Assembly (NCBI GenBank): GCA_965225945.1
Contig: CBDDBZ010000032.1
Coordinates: forward strand, 64,001 to 128,000
DNA: 64,000 bases
Origin: Alphaproteobacteria bacterium
Lineage (GTDB): Bacteria; Pseudomonadota; Alphaproteobacteria; GCA-2731375
Direction of reading: 5' to 3'
The notes under the pieces are model-generated. The model was not told the DNA's origin and did no database searches. It saw nothing but the letters and a program-made list of their open reading frames with translations. Below are positions 1 to 9,925 of the stretch, piece by piece (position 1 is the first letter of the stretch; each line of letters starts with the position of its first letter). Made by a program: the position numbers and the translations under genes.

Positions 1-342
1 GCGGCGGCAGCGATGGGGCGAGAGCAGGTTGTTCTCGCGCATCACCCGGAGCACCCGCTTGCGGGAAACACGGATGCCACGACAGACCCGAAGCCGAGCC
101 CAGACCTTGCGGTGTCCCTCGCCCTCCCAGGGGGATGCCTCCAGGTCGGCCTCGATGGCCACCAGCAGAGCCTCGTCCGAGATCGAGGGCTTCGGTCCCC
201 GGCGCTTTGCTGGTGGGCGCTCAGCGGTGGCCTGCTGCCGGGATTTCATGGCGTAGAACGAGGAACGGGCAAAACCCCAGGCCGCACAGACCCGCTGGAG
301 GCCGTAGGCCAAACCCGTGCCGGGAGAGGTGGCGGCACTCAT
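1..342 (-). CDS. IS3-family transposase OrfB, N-terminal part (truncated by window edge)
   Basis: Manual translation MSAATSPGTGLAYGLQRVCAAWGFARSSFY...GEGHRKVWARLR...RKRVLRVMRENNLL, typical of the IS3 OrfB HTH region. Confidence 0.8.
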   Translation of the reverse strand, partial: MSAATSPGTGLAYGLQRVCAAWGFARSSFYAMKSRQQATAERPPAKRRGPKPSISDEALLVAIEADLEASPWEGEGHRKVWARLRVCRGIRVSRKRVLRVMRENNLLSPHRCRR

Positions 343-770
343 CGCCGCGACCTCCGCCGCCCCAAAGGGCCGGACGTCTCCGTCTTGGCCTCCAGCAGTT
401 CCACCTGCATGATCAACTCCCCGATCCGCTTCATGGCGATGTCCAGTTCCGCCTTTACCGGATCGCCCTTGCGTTCCTTGAGCGAGGCATCGATCCCGGC
501 GATCGCCTTCTCACGCCACTGCTCGAGCCGGAAAATCTCCACGCCCAACTGCCGCGACAAAAGTTCCACCGGCTCGCCACGCAAAAGCCGCAGGGCAACC
601 TCACGCTTGCGCGTCACCGTCCACCGCTGGCCAAGTCCCAGCGGGCCTGCCGGCGAAACCTGGCCCGGGGAAAACGTGGACGAGCCAAGCTCGCCCTCGT
701 TTACCACAGGCCCATCAACAGCAACTTTGTTTTCAAAATTGTCGGTCATGTTCCGGTCCTCCTTGGACAC
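339..770 (-). CDS. IS3-family transposase OrfA
   Basis: 143-aa ORF with HTH (LRLLRGEPVELLSRQLGVEIFRLEQW) and a coiled-coil C-terminus. Confidence 0.8.
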   Translation of the reverse strand: MSKEDRNMTDNFENKVAVDGPVVNEGELGSSTFSPGQVSPAGPLGLGQRWTVTRKREVALRLLRGEPVELLSRQLGVEIFRLEQWREKAIAGIDASLKERKGDPVKAELDIAMKRIGELIMQVELLEAKTETSGPLGRRRSRR

Positions 771-815
771 TTCGATTAAACCAATTCTGTGTCCAAGGAA
801 ATCGGGTCCGACTCA

Positions 816-1336
816 CCGTTTCCTCAGCCCTCGGCCTCGATGCCCGCCAATGGCGGTGAAAGCTCGATCGGCTCAGCCCCATCAGATCGCACATCCGTCC
901 CATGCTCAATCCGCCTTGCCGCCGCGACCCGGCCCGGACGAGGCCGAAGACGCGCTCCCGCCAGAGCGACCGTTCGCTCCGCGGCAGCTCTCCGAGAGCC
1001 GCAAGGCTTGCCTGAAAAAATCCGCTTCCAAGGCCTGCTGGCCGACCTTCCGCTCCAGCTCGGCGATCCGCCGGCGCGCCAGGCTCAGGGCATCCGGCCG
1101 GACCGCCGGAACAGCACTTTCGGACCCGGCGCGGAGGCATCGCGCCACTCGTAGAGCAGCTTGCGCCGGACCTCGAGCTCGCGTGACAGCGCCGAGACGT
1201 TCTCGCCCGACTCCATCCGCGCCAGCGCCGACAGCTTGAAGTCTCGGCTGAAACGCCGTGCACCTTTTCGTTCCATCAGTTCCTCCTCGGAAGAACTGTC
1301 ACTCATTTCTCTGTGTCAGGACAGGGGTGCGGTCCA
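816..1336 (-). mobile_element. Second IS3-family element, interrupted by the IS3 at 1-815; OrfA frameshifted
   Basis: Terminus TGGACCGCACCCCTGTCCTGACACA from 1336. OrfA pieces are 1085..1306 (RRFSRDFKLSALARMESGENVSALSREL) and 906..1148 (RRIAELERKVGQQALEADFFRQAL). The OrfB start (MCDLMGLSRSSFHRHW) is cut at 816. Confidence 0.8.
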
Positions 1337-1916
1337 TTCTGCTTTTTGGTCCGTTCCGCCCAATAAAGTACAATGACCCCTTTTCTCCCGCAAATCCGTG
1401 AGGAACCTTTTTTCTGTGGACTTCACCGAAATGGATCTTTTCACCTATGCTGATAGCCACCCCGCCTATGGCGAACTCGCGGTCATGCCGAAGGGCGGCT
1501 GTCCCCTGTTCCTGCACCCGGATTACGTGATTGTGGCGGGCGGGTAATTAGTGGCCTAGCCAGGATGATGCAACATGTATAGATCAACAGCGCTGATGAT
1601 TGGAACTTGTGTCTCTATTTTATCGTTCGGAATCGTGAATGCTCAGGAAAAGACCAGGGAGTATCGGGCCGATTCTATTGAAGTTCTTTCGAACAGCGGA
1701 ACGATGAGGTATCGGAGCGATTATGTTGTTACACAAGTCACCGGGGTTGTTGGGAAAGCGGGGATACCTGATGTTATTAAACAAGGAGATACCATTACCG
1801 TTCAGGATAGAACCCTTAGGGCCAGCTTCATTTTTGTGACCGAATGTTTGGTGGAAATGAAATGGGGCGGACAGGTACTTTGTGCTAAAGGGCAAATACA
1901 ATGCCTGGTAGTCGAA

Positions 1917-3367
1917 GGGGATGTCCCGGGCTCTGTTGAAAAGCTGAAGTAGGCGTCGTCCGCCTGGAGCCGCTAGGCTCTGGGTGCTGATTCCATCAAG
2001 GAGAACGACGCCATGACCAAGACTACACGCAACGACCGTTCCTCGGAACCATCCTGTCGGCTCTTGCCATCGATGCCGGAGGCCTTCGACGATCTGCGCA
2101 TGAGCGTCGATCGCTTCTGCCTTTTGGCGGGCCTCGAGTCTTTGAACGAGATGATGTCGGCGGACGCGGAAGCCTTGTGCGGTTCGCGCCACGCCCGCTC
2201 GGGCGAGCGCAAGGGCCATCGATGGGGCACGACCCGGAGCGAGATCGCCTACCACGGCGGCAAAGTGAAGGTCGAGCGCCCTCGGGTGCGGGACTTCGCG
2301 GGTCGGGAGATGAGCCTGCCGAGTTGGGAGCTGCTGTCGGAACCCGAACTCTTGCAAGCCTGGGCGATGAATCTGATGGTGATCAACGTCTCGACCCGCA
2401 AGTATGCCCGCGCGGTGCGCCTGCCGGACGATGCGGGCGGCGATCTGCCGGCGGCATCGGGTGACGCAACCTCGAAGTCGGCGGTCTCGCGCCGTTTCGT
2501 GGCGTTGACGCGAAGCAAGCTGAAGGCCTGGCTGGCGAGCCCGCTCGACGATCTCGATCTCGTGGTGCTCCAGATCGACGGGCTCCATGTCGGCGATCAC
2601 CTGATGGTGGCGGCGATCGGCATCGACACCGGCGGCGCGAAGCACGTGCTGGGCCTGGCCGAGGGCGCGACGGAGAACGCGGCCACGGTGCAAGCCATGC
2701 TCGACAACCTGATCGAGCGCGGTCTCGATCCCGAACGGCCTCGGCTCTACATCGTCGACGGCGCCAAGGCGCTCTCGAAGGCGATCCGGCGGACCTTCGG
2801 GCGGGCGGCGGCCCTCCAGCGCTGCCAGGTGCACAAGGGGCGCAACATCACGGACCGGCTGGACGAGAGCCTCCATGCCGGCGTCAGGAAGGTCTTGCGG
2901 CAGGCCTGGCAGCAGGACGACGCGGCCAAGGCCGAACGGCTCTTGCGCAACCTCGCCCGCCGTCTGGAGCATGACGCACCCGGCGTCTCGGGCTCGATCC
3001 TGGAGGGCCTGGACGAGATCCTGACCGTGATCCGGCTCGGCCTCCCGCCGCAACTTCGACACTCGCTGGCTTGCACCAACGCCATCGAGAACGCGATCGG
3101 CACCGTCCGGACGGTGCAGCGGAACGTCAAGCGCTGGCGCAACGCCGAGATGGCGCTGCGTTGGACCGCCGCCGGCCTCTTGGAGGCGCAAAAGACCTTC
3201 CGCCGCCTCAAGGCCTACCGCCAGCTCCCCGTCCTTGACGCCGCCCTGCGGGAGGCGGTGAGAAAGGCCGGAGCAAAGTCCGTCATTGAAGACATCGAGG
3301 TGGCCGCGTAGCCTCTCGATCAGACGATGCCTATCTCGCACTTTTCAACATTGGGCGGGACATCGCC
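1917..3367 (+). mobile_element. IS256-family insertion sequence
   Basis: IRs GGGGATGTCCCGGGCTCTGTTGAAAAG / CTTTTCAACATTGGGCGGGACATCGCC. 8-bp target duplication TAGTCGAA at 1909-1916 and 3368-3375. Confidence 0.92.
2013..3311 (+). CDS. IS256 (mutator-type) DDE transposase
   Basis: Motifs LQIDG, IVDGAKAL, QRCQVHK, TNAIE, FRRLKAY. Confidence 0.92.
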   Translation: MTKTTRNDRSSEPSCRLLPSMPEAFDDLRMSVDRFCLLAGLESLNEMMSADAEALCGSRHARSGERKGHRWGTTRSEIAYHGGKVKVERPRVRDFAGREMSLPSWELLSEPELLQAWAMNLMVINVSTRKYARAVRLPDDAGGDLPAASGDATSKSAVSRRFVALTRSKLKAWLASPLDDLDLVVLQIDGLHVGDHLMVAAIGIDTGGAKHVLGLAEGATENAATVQAMLDNLIERGLDPERPRLYIVDGAKALSKAIRRTFGRAAALQRCQVHKGRNITDRLDESLHAGVRKVLRQAWQQDDAAKAERLLRNLARRLEHDAPGVSGSILEGLDEILTVIRLGLPPQLRHSLACTNAIENAIGTVRTVQRNVKRWRNAEMALRWTAAGLLEAQKTFRRLKAYRQLPVLDAALREAVRKAGAKSVIEDIEVAA

Positions 3368-3766
3368 TAGTCGAAAGGCTCGAAGACATACCATCCGATA
3401 CAAATGACTATCGTTTATGGATCACTGTTGATCATTGCCGGCCATCCTTCTTAAAAGGAACGAGATGAGGCGTTGGTAAAACCAAAAAAAGGGGCCATTG
3501 TTTCCGTTCTCGCCTCTCGGAAATCTGGACCGGCCCGCACCCAATTCCTCACGGACGGTTGCGTCGCGCCATGTCCGTGTCACTGACTGCGGCGAGCGAC
3601 GAGTGCCAGTCACGACTCGAATGAGCGACGCGACGCGCCACCTCCACACGGCATCGGCTTGCCTCGCCGGCGATCGGCGGCCGCGACGTGGCGGGCGACT
3701 TCGTCGATTGGGGGGCGTCGCCGCCCCTCCCCGCGCGCCCATGCGGGGAAGGGCGAGGTACCAAAT

Positions 3767-5419
3767 CTAAGTCGAATACTGCGCGAAGACCTGGGTGCCG
3801 GCGCGGGCGCGGTAGTCGGTCTTGATGTTGACGAGGGCGACCATGCCCTCGTCGACCTTGGCCTGCGCGCGCTCCAACGCCGGGCGGATCTCGGCCGGCT
3901 CCTCGACGTATTCACTGTAGCAACCGAGCGCCTCGGCCACCTTGTCGTAGCGGGTGTAGCCGAGTTCGCGGCCGGGCTTGACCCCGTCGGGATCGGCCGT
4001 CCAGCCGCCGTTGAGGCTGATCACCACCAGCACCGGGATCTTGTGGCGAACGGCGGTATCCAGCTCCATCGCGTTCAGGCCGAAGGAGCCGTCGCCGTGC
4101 ACCACGATCACCTGGGTGTCCGGCTTCGCCACCTTGGCCCCGAGGCCGAAGGGCAGGCCCACGCCCATGGTGCCGAAGGGGCCGGAATTGAGCCGGTGGC
4201 CCGGCGTATAGGTCGGCATCGACTGGCGGCCGTAGTTCAAGATTTCCTGACCGTCGACCACCAAGATGGCGTCGCGGTCCATGAAATTCTTCACCTCCTC
4301 ACACAGCCTGAGCGGATGGATCGGCACCTCGTCCGAGACCGTGTTGGCGCCGGGCCGCGAACGCTTCTCCGCCTCCTGCTCGCCCAACTGCTTGCGCCAG
4401 GCCTGGTAGGTGTCGTTGTTCACCTTGCCGTCGAGCCTCTCGATCACTTGGTTCAGCACCGCCTTGGCATCACCGACGATGCCGATGTCGATCGGCCGCG
4501 GGCTGGTGCTCACCTCCTCCTCGTCGATGTCGATGCGCACGATGGTGGCGTCCGGGTTGAAGCGCGGTGGTGCTGCGTGGCCGATGATGTAGTTCATCCG
4601 GGTGCCGACCACCATGATCAGGTCGGCCTCGCGGAAGGCGGTCGAGCGCACGGTCATGTAGCAGTAGGGGTGATCCTCGGGGATCACGCCGCGGCCCTGG
4701 GGCGTGGTGTAGAAAGGGATGCCGGCCACGTCGACGAAGGCGGCGAGCTCCGCCGAGGCATCGGACCACAGGATGCCGCCGCCGGAGACGATCACCGGCC
4801 GCTCGGCCTTGGCGAGTGCCTCGACCAGTCGTTCGATCAACGCCGGATCGCCGTGCGGGCGGGCCCTGGCGAGCGGGCGGCCGGAGAGCGTCCAGTCGAT
4901 CTCGCTCTCGTCGATCTTCTGGTAGAGCACGTCGCCCGGCAGGTCGAGATAGACCGGCCCGGGCTTGCCGGCCATCGCCTTCTGGAAGGCGACGTTGACC
5001 ATTTCCGGAATGCGCTTGGGCTGATAGACCCGCTCCGCCCACTTCACGCAGGGCCGCATGAAGGCGACCTGGTCGATCTCCTGAAAGACCTGGCGGCCAT
5101 AGGTGCCATAGGGGCTGGAGCCGCCGATCGCCACCACCGGCACGCAGTCGACCAGCGCGTTGGCGATGCCGGTGACCAGGTTGGTGACGCCGGGTCCGCT
5201 CGCGGCCATGCAGACGCTCGGCTTGTTCAACAGCCGGCTATAGGCCTGGCTCATGAAGGCGGCGGCCTGCTCGTGGCGGACGTCGAGCGGGCGGATGCCC
5301 TCCTTGATGCAGGATTCCTCGGCGAGCAGCATCGGCCCGCCCATGATGAAGAACAGCGTATCGACGCCTTCGCGCTTCAGCGCCTTGGCGAGAATTTCCG
5401 AGCCTGTGAGTTCCGCCAC
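3767..5419 (-). CDS. ThDP-dependent enzyme, oxalyl-CoA decarboxylase / 2-hydroxyacyl-CoA lyase family
   Basis: VRHEQAAAF, SGPGVTN, GPVYLDLP, HRLNSGPFGTMGVG and the GDGSFG ThDP motif. Adjacent to a formyl-CoA transferase-like gene. Confidence 0.85.
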   Translation of the reverse strand: MAELTGSEILAKALKREGVDTLFFIMGGPMLLAEESCIKEGIRPLDVRHEQAAAFMSQAYSRLLNKPSVCMAASGPGVTNLVTGIANALVDCVPVVAIGGSSPYGTYGRQVFQEIDQVAFMRPCVKWAERVYQPKRIPEMVNVAFQKAMAGKPGPVYLDLPGDVLYQKIDESEIDWTLSGRPLARARPHGDPALIERLVEALAKAERPVIVSGGGILWSDASAELAAFVDVAGIPFYTTPQGRGVIPEDHPYCYMTVRSTAFREADLIMVVGTRMNYIIGHAAPPRFNPDATIVRIDIDEEEVSTSPRPIDIGIVGDAKAVLNQVIERLDGKVNNDTYQAWRKQLGEQEAEKRSRPGANTVSDEVPIHPLRLCEEVKNFMDRDAILVVDGQEILNYGRQSMPTYTPGHRLNSGPFGTMGVGLPFGLGAKVAKPDTQVIVVHGDGSFGLNAMELDTAVRHKIPVLVVISLNGGWTADPDGVKPGRELGYTRYDKVAEALGCYSEYVEEPAEIRPALERAQAKVDEGMVALVNIKTDYRARAGTQVFAQYST

Positions 5420-5498
5420 CGTTTCCTCCCTCGTGACAGTGAATGGATCACCGCGCGCGAGTTCGCGCGCGGCGGTGAACAGCTATCGGGGGCGACGG

Positions 5499-6728
5499 CT
5501 AGATCGCGCCCTCGGAGCGGAGCGCCGAGACATCGTCCTCGCTCATGCCCAACCATTCGTCGAGCACGCTCTCGGCGTGCTGGCCCAGCAGCGGCGCCGG
5601 CGCCAGCGGCACCTCGGAATTGGACATCTTCACCGGCCAGGCGGGCATCTTGAAAGAGCCCCGGGTCGGATGCTCGATGGTCTGGAAGATACCGCGCCGT
5701 TCCAGGTTCTCGTCGCCGTGGAGTTCGGCGGTATCGAACACCGCGCCCGCGGGGATGCCTGCCGCGCCCAGGATCTCCATCGCCTCGCGCTTGCTCCGCC
5801 GACGCGTCCACTCGCTCAGCATGGCGTCGATCTCGGCCTCGCGCTCCAGCCGCTTCGCCGGCGTCGCGTAGCGCTCGTCGGCCACCAGCTCGTCCCGCCC
5901 CAGGACCTTGCAGAGCCGTTCCCAATGATGGCTTCCGGCCCGCGTCGTATAGATGTAGACGTAGTCGTTCGGCCCGCCCGGAGCGCAAGGGAAGATGCCG
6001 CTCGGCGCGTTGCCGCCGGTGATCACCTTGGCGCCGGTGCGGGGCGCCGGCTTGCCGGTCTGGGCCTGCACCGCATAGGCGATCCGGGTGTATTGCAGCA
6101 TCGCGTCCTGCATCGCGATCTGAATGCGCTGCCCCTCGCCGGTGGACTTGCGCTGATAGAGCGCGCCCAGAATGGAGATCGCGGCGAGCATGCCGGTTCC
6201 GGTATCGCCGATCGTGGCGCCGGGCTTCATCGGCGGCCCGTCCGCCTCGCCGGTGATCGAGAGCACGCCACCCACCGACTGGCCGATCATGTCGAAGCTG
6301 AGGAAGTTCTCGAACGGGCTGCCCTCGGCGAAGCCCTTGACCTGGGCATAGACGATTGCGGGATTGATCGCCTTCACCACGTCATGGCCCAGCCCCAGGC
6401 GTTCGATCACGCCGGGGCCGAAATTCTCGATGAAGACGTCGGCCTCGGCCACCAGCTGCTTCACCAGCTCGAGGCCGCGCTCGCTCTTCAGGTTGGCGGT
6501 AATGCTCTTCTTGTTGGCGTTGAAGAGCAGGAAATAATAGGAGTCGATCCCCTGATTCTCGGAGGAGGCGAAACGACCCTGATCGCCGCCCTTGGGGTTC
6601 TCCACCTTGACGACCTCGGCACCGAGCCAAGCCAGCGCCTCCGTGCAGGAGGGCCCGGCCTCGAACTGCGTCAGGTCCAGGACCCGGACGCCGGAAAGGG
6701 CGCGCTCGGCACCGTTCGTCGCGTTCAT
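5499..6728 (-). CDS. frc: Family III CoA-transferase (formyl-CoA transferase/CaiB-BaiF)
   Basis: VLDLTQFEAGPSCTEALAWLGAEVVKVE, NANKKS, ENFGPG, IGDTGTG, NDYVYI. Closely resembles Frc. Confidence 0.8.
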   Translation of the reverse strand: MNATNGAERALSGVRVLDLTQFEAGPSCTEALAWLGAEVVKVENPKGGDQGRFASSENQGIDSYYFLLFNANKKSITANLKSERGLELVKQLVAEADVFIENFGPGVIERLGLGHDVVKAINPAIVYAQVKGFAEGSPFENFLSFDMIGQSVGGVLSITGEADGPPMKPGATIGDTGTGMLAAISILGALYQRKSTGEGQRIQIAMQDAMLQYTRIAYAVQAQTGKPAPRTGAKVITGGNAPSGIFPCAPGGPNDYVYIYTTRAGSHHWERLCKVLGRDELVADERYATPAKRLEREAEIDAMLSEWTRRRSKREAMEILGAAGIPAGAVFDTAELHGDENLERRGIFQTIEHPTRGSFKMPAWPVKMSNSEVPLAPAPLLGQHAESVLDEWLGMSEDDVSALRSEGAI

Positions 6729-6834
6729 GTCGTCATTCCCCTAGGTCCGCGCGGAAAATTGGCGCTCCCGCGCCGCGCGCATCTCGGCGATCATATCGGA
6801 ATCCCGCCGCCAAATTCTAGCCGGCGTCAGAAAT

Positions 6835-7752
6835 TCAGTCGCCGAGGCGGGTGCCCGGCGTCAATCCGGCGGATTCGGCGAATTCCATCGCCGAAATCTT
6901 AGCCCCGCCGCCGTGCCGTACCCGTTTCACCAGGATGCCGCCGCGCCCGGCGACGACGGTGAAGCCTGCCTCGCTCACCGAACAGATCTCGCCCACCCGG
7001 CCCGAGGCCTCGGCGCGGGCGGCATCGAATATCTGCAGCCGCTCGCCCTCATGGGTGGTCCAGGCGCCGGGTTGCGGATTGGCGCCCCGGATCAGGTTGT
7101 AGACCTCGGCCACGGAACGGCCCCAGTCGATCTCGACGTTCTCGGGCCGACACCAGCTCTCGTAGGTGGCGCGGGAATGGTCCTGAACGATGCGGGGCGC
7201 GGTCCCGGCGCGAATCAGGTCGATCGCCTCCATCACCGCTTGGACGCCGAGTGGGAAGATCTTCTCGAAATAGACCGTGCCGAGGGTGTCGTCGGGGCCG
7301 ATCTCGACCTCCTTGCGGAGCAGGATCTCGCCTTCGTCGAGGCCGTCGTCCGGCCAGAAGATGGTCAGGCCGGTCTGCTCGGCGCCCCAGATGATCGGCC
7401 AGTTGATCGAGCTCGGGCCTCGGTGCAGCGGCAGCAACGAGGGATGGAAGCATATCGAGCCGTGGGTCGGGATCTCGCGCGCCGCCTCCGGCACGAAGAC
7501 GGTGGTGAAGGCCAGCACCATCAGATCCGGCTCCGAGGCCCGGAGCTGGCCGAGCACCTTCTCGTCGCGGTAGCTCTCGGGCTGGGCGAGGGGCAGGCCA
7601 TGGGCCAACGCCGCCTCCTTGACCGGATCGAGCCTGCCGCCCTTGCCGTCGGGCGCGGTATGGACCGCGACGACGTCGTCCTGGCCCTGTTCCAGGATCG
7701 CCTCCAGGCAGGCTTTGCCGAAGGCTTGTTGACCGTTCAAGATCAGACGCAT
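6835..7752 (-). CDS. Formyltransferase (Fmt superfamily), ALDH1L/10-formyl-THF dehydrogenase N-domain-like
   Basis: GQQAFG, FHPSLLPLHRGPSSINW, FWPDDGLDEG, and the C-terminal Fmt domain YNLIRGANPQPGAW. Confidence 0.85.
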   Translation of the reverse strand: MRLILNGQQAFGKACLEAILEQGQDDVVAVHTAPDGKGGRLDPVKEAALAHGLPLAQPESYRDEKVLGQLRASEPDLMVLAFTTVFVPEAAREIPTHGSICFHPSLLPLHRGPSSINWPIIWGAEQTGLTIFWPDDGLDEGEILLRKEVEIGPDDTLGTVYFEKIFPLGVQAVMEAIDLIRAGTAPRIVQDHSRATYESWCRPENVEIDWGRSVAEVYNLIRGANPQPGAWTTHEGERLQIFDAARAEASGRVGEICSVSEAGFTVVAGRGGILVKRVRHGGGAKISAMEFAESAGLTPGTRLGD

Positions 7753-7777
7753 CACCTCTCCTCCCATGCTTCGGCGC

Positions 7778-8689
7778 TCAGACCGAGCGATACTCGCCCT
7801 CCGAGCGAGGCTTGCCGTCCGTCGCCGCCCGCCCGGTCTCCACCATGTGGATCAAGTGCGAGAGGACGGAGCGTTCCGCCGCCTTGTGCAGATACTCGGG
7901 CACGTCGGTGTACATCCGGGCCACCATGTCCGGGATTCGCCCGTTTCCGTCGGCCAGGCAGGCGAGGATCTGCACTTCCCGCCTCTCCCGGTGGGCGATC
8001 AGGCCCCGGACGTGGTCGAGCGGGCGCTGAATTGCCGGCCCGTGCGTCGGCCAGTAGATCCGCTCCTCCCGCCGGGTGAGCTTGCGGAGGCTTTCCACGT
8101 AGTGCCTCATGTCGCCGTCGGGCGGCGAGACGATGGTGGTCGACCAGCCCATGACGTGATCGCCGGGAAACAGCGTCTCCTCCTCCCTGAGCGTGAAGCA
8201 GAGATGGTTCGAGGTATGGCCCGGGGTATAGACCGCCTCCAGGGTCCAGCCGTCGCCCGAGACGACGTCGCCGTCGGTCAGGCGGACGTCGGGATCGAAA
8301 GCCATGTCGCCGCCCTCCTCGACGTCCTCGTGTCCACCCTCGGCGTCGGGCCGGCCGGAGCCGTGCGGGCCGAAGCCGTAGGTCTTGGCGCCCGTCGCGG
8401 CCTTGAGTGCTGCGGCCGCCGGTGAATGGTCGCGGTGGGTGTGGGTGATGACCAGGTGGCTCACCGTCTCGCCGTCGAGTGCCGCGAGCAGCGCCTCGAC
8501 GTGCGCGGAATCGTCCGGTCCCGGATCGATCACCGCGACATCTCGCCCGGCGCCGACGATGTAAGTGCCGGTGCCGTGGAGGGTGAAGGCGCTCGAGTTC
8601 CGGGCCACGACGCGGCGGATCAGCGGCGTCACCCGGGCGGGCTCGCCGTATTCGAACTCCAGCTCCCGGTCGAAGGTCAACTCGGCCAT
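7778..8689 (-). CDS. MBL-fold metallo-hydrolase (LACTB2-like, C-terminal winged helix)
   Basis: THTHRDH, TPGHTSNH, GDHVMGWST, PTHG. Confidence 0.85.
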   Translation of the reverse strand: MAELTFDRELEFEYGEPARVTPLIRRVVARNSSAFTLHGTGTYIVGAGRDVAVIDPGPDDSAHVEALLAALDGETVSHLVITHTHRDHSPAAAALKAATGAKTYGFGPHGSGRPDAEGGHEDVEEGGDMAFDPDVRLTDGDVVSGDGWTLEAVYTPGHTSNHLCFTLREEETLFPGDHVMGWSTTIVSPPDGDMRHYVESLRKLTRREERIYWPTHGPAIQRPLDHVRGLIAHRERREVQILACLADGNGRIPDMVARMYTDVPEYLHKAAERSVLSHLIHMVETGRAATDGKPRSEGEYRSV

Positions 8690-8695
8690 GCGCCG

Positions 8696-9793
8696 CTACT
8701 CCTCGGCTTTGGCGCGGTAGTCGCGCAAGACGTTCGGGTCCGGATCGGCGCCCAGGCCCGGGCCGTCCGGCACCCGGAACTCAGCCCCCGACGGGAGATT
8801 TAGATCGCCGAAAGGATAGGCCTCCAGGTCGAGATAGATGTGCTCGATCAGGAAGGCGTTGGGGTCCACCGCCAGGAGATGCAGCGTGGCCAGGAAGCCC
8901 GGCCCGAAATAGGGCGAATGCGGCACGCAACTGACGCCCGCCGCCTCGGCCAGCACCGCCACCTTGCGATATTCGGTGATTCCGCCGACCTTGGTGACGC
9001 TCGGCTGGGCGTAAGCGACCGCGCCGAAATCGAACATTTTTTGGAACTCCCATGCCGTGCAGGCGTTCTCGCCGGCGGCGATTGGAATCCCCGACTCGCG
9101 CTGCAATTCGGCCAGCGCATCGAAATCCTCCGGCGGGAAAATCGGCTCCTCCAGCCAATAGAGGTCGAATTCGGCGAGCCGCGCCGCCGCCTCGCGCGCC
9201 TCGCGGGGCGACCAGGGGCAGTTGGTGTCGAGCATGATGGCGACGTCGGGGCCGACGGCCTCGCGCGCCGCCGCCACTTCCCTGGCCTCGGTCTCGTGCA
9301 GCTTGATGTGGCGATAGCCGCGGCCGAGCGCGTGGGCGCAGCGCTCCGCCACCACCTCGGGGTCCTGGTACTTGAAGAGGCTCGCGTAGGCCGGCATGGT
9401 CTCGCGCCCTCGCCCACCCAGAAGCTCGTGCACCGGCTTGCCGGCGGCCTTGCCGGCGATGTCCCAAAGCGCGATGTCGACGCCGCCGATCGCGAACATG
9501 GTGACGCCGTAGCGACCCCAGAGATGGTTCGCCTTCTGCAAGCGCCGCGAGATCCCGGCGATGTCGCGGGCATCCTGGCCGATCAGGGCCGGCGCCACCA
9601 TGTGGTCGAGCGCGGCCTTTGTGGCGTGCGCCGCGCCATAGCCGAAGGCGTCGCCCCAGCCGGAGATCCCGGCATCGGTATCGATCCGCATGAAGACGTA
9701 GTCGAGCGTCCGCCAGTCCCGCCAGTCCTTCGTTGCCCCGGAGGAGGTGAAGGGTATCTCGATCAGCACGCTTTCGACGTTTTCGATTCTCAT
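8696..9793 (-). CDS. Mandelate racemase/muconate lactonizing (enolase superfamily) enzyme
   Basis: VDIALWDIAGK, KLH, MLDTN, WLEEP, AAGEN, PGLG. Confidence 0.85.
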   Translation of the reverse strand: MRIENVESVLIEIPFTSSGATKDWRDWRTLDYVFMRIDTDAGISGWGDAFGYGAAHATKAALDHMVAPALIGQDARDIAGISRRLQKANHLWGRYGVTMFAIGGVDIALWDIAGKAAGKPVHELLGGRGRETMPAYASLFKYQDPEVVAERCAHALGRGYRHIKLHETEAREVAAAREAVGPDVAIMLDTNCPWSPREAREAAARLAEFDLYWLEEPIFPPEDFDALAELQRESGIPIAAGENACTAWEFQKMFDFGAVAYAQPSVTKVGGITEYRKVAVLAEAAGVSCVPHSPYFGPGFLATLHLLAVDPNAFLIEHIYLDLEAYPFGDLNLPSGAEFRVPDGPGLGADPDPNVLRDYRAKAEE

Positions 9794-9925
9794 GGGCGAA
9801 GCCTCAGGTCGCGATGCGGTAGCGGGCGAACGGCCTCCCTGGTTGGCGCCGCATAAAAGCAGAAGCGGCGGGCCGGGGCAAAGCCGGGGGGAAGGGCCGG
9901 CATCGGGGACTTTCAATCCAGGGTC

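Larger units (their letters stand above)
1..815 (-). mobile_element. IS3-family element (left part; runs off window start)
   Basis: Terminus reads TGAGTCGGACCCGATTTCCTTGGACACA on the minus strand from 815. OrfA 339..770 is HTH-like (RWTVTRKREVALRLLRGE), and OrfB overlaps it at ATGA 339-342. Confidence 0.85.
1575..3468 (+). pseudogene. Secreted hypothetical protein split by IS256 (1575..1916 + 3376..3468)
   Basis: Signal-peptide-like N-terminus (MYRSTALMIGTCVSILSFGIVNA-QE). Removing the IS and one TAGTCGAA copy joins ...IQCLVVE to RLEDIPSDTNDYRLWITVDHCRPSFLKGTR*. Confidence 0.75.

Noticed and set aside
1337-1550. ORF 1299..1517 and a plus-strand fragment beside the IS3 end
   Set aside because: Probably the tail of a gene truncated by IS3; no identifiable motif.
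6835-7752. Housekeeping methionyl-tRNA formyltransferase (fmt)
   Set aside because: It lacks the MGTP and RGAAP signatures and the def/truA context, so the gene symbol was withheld.
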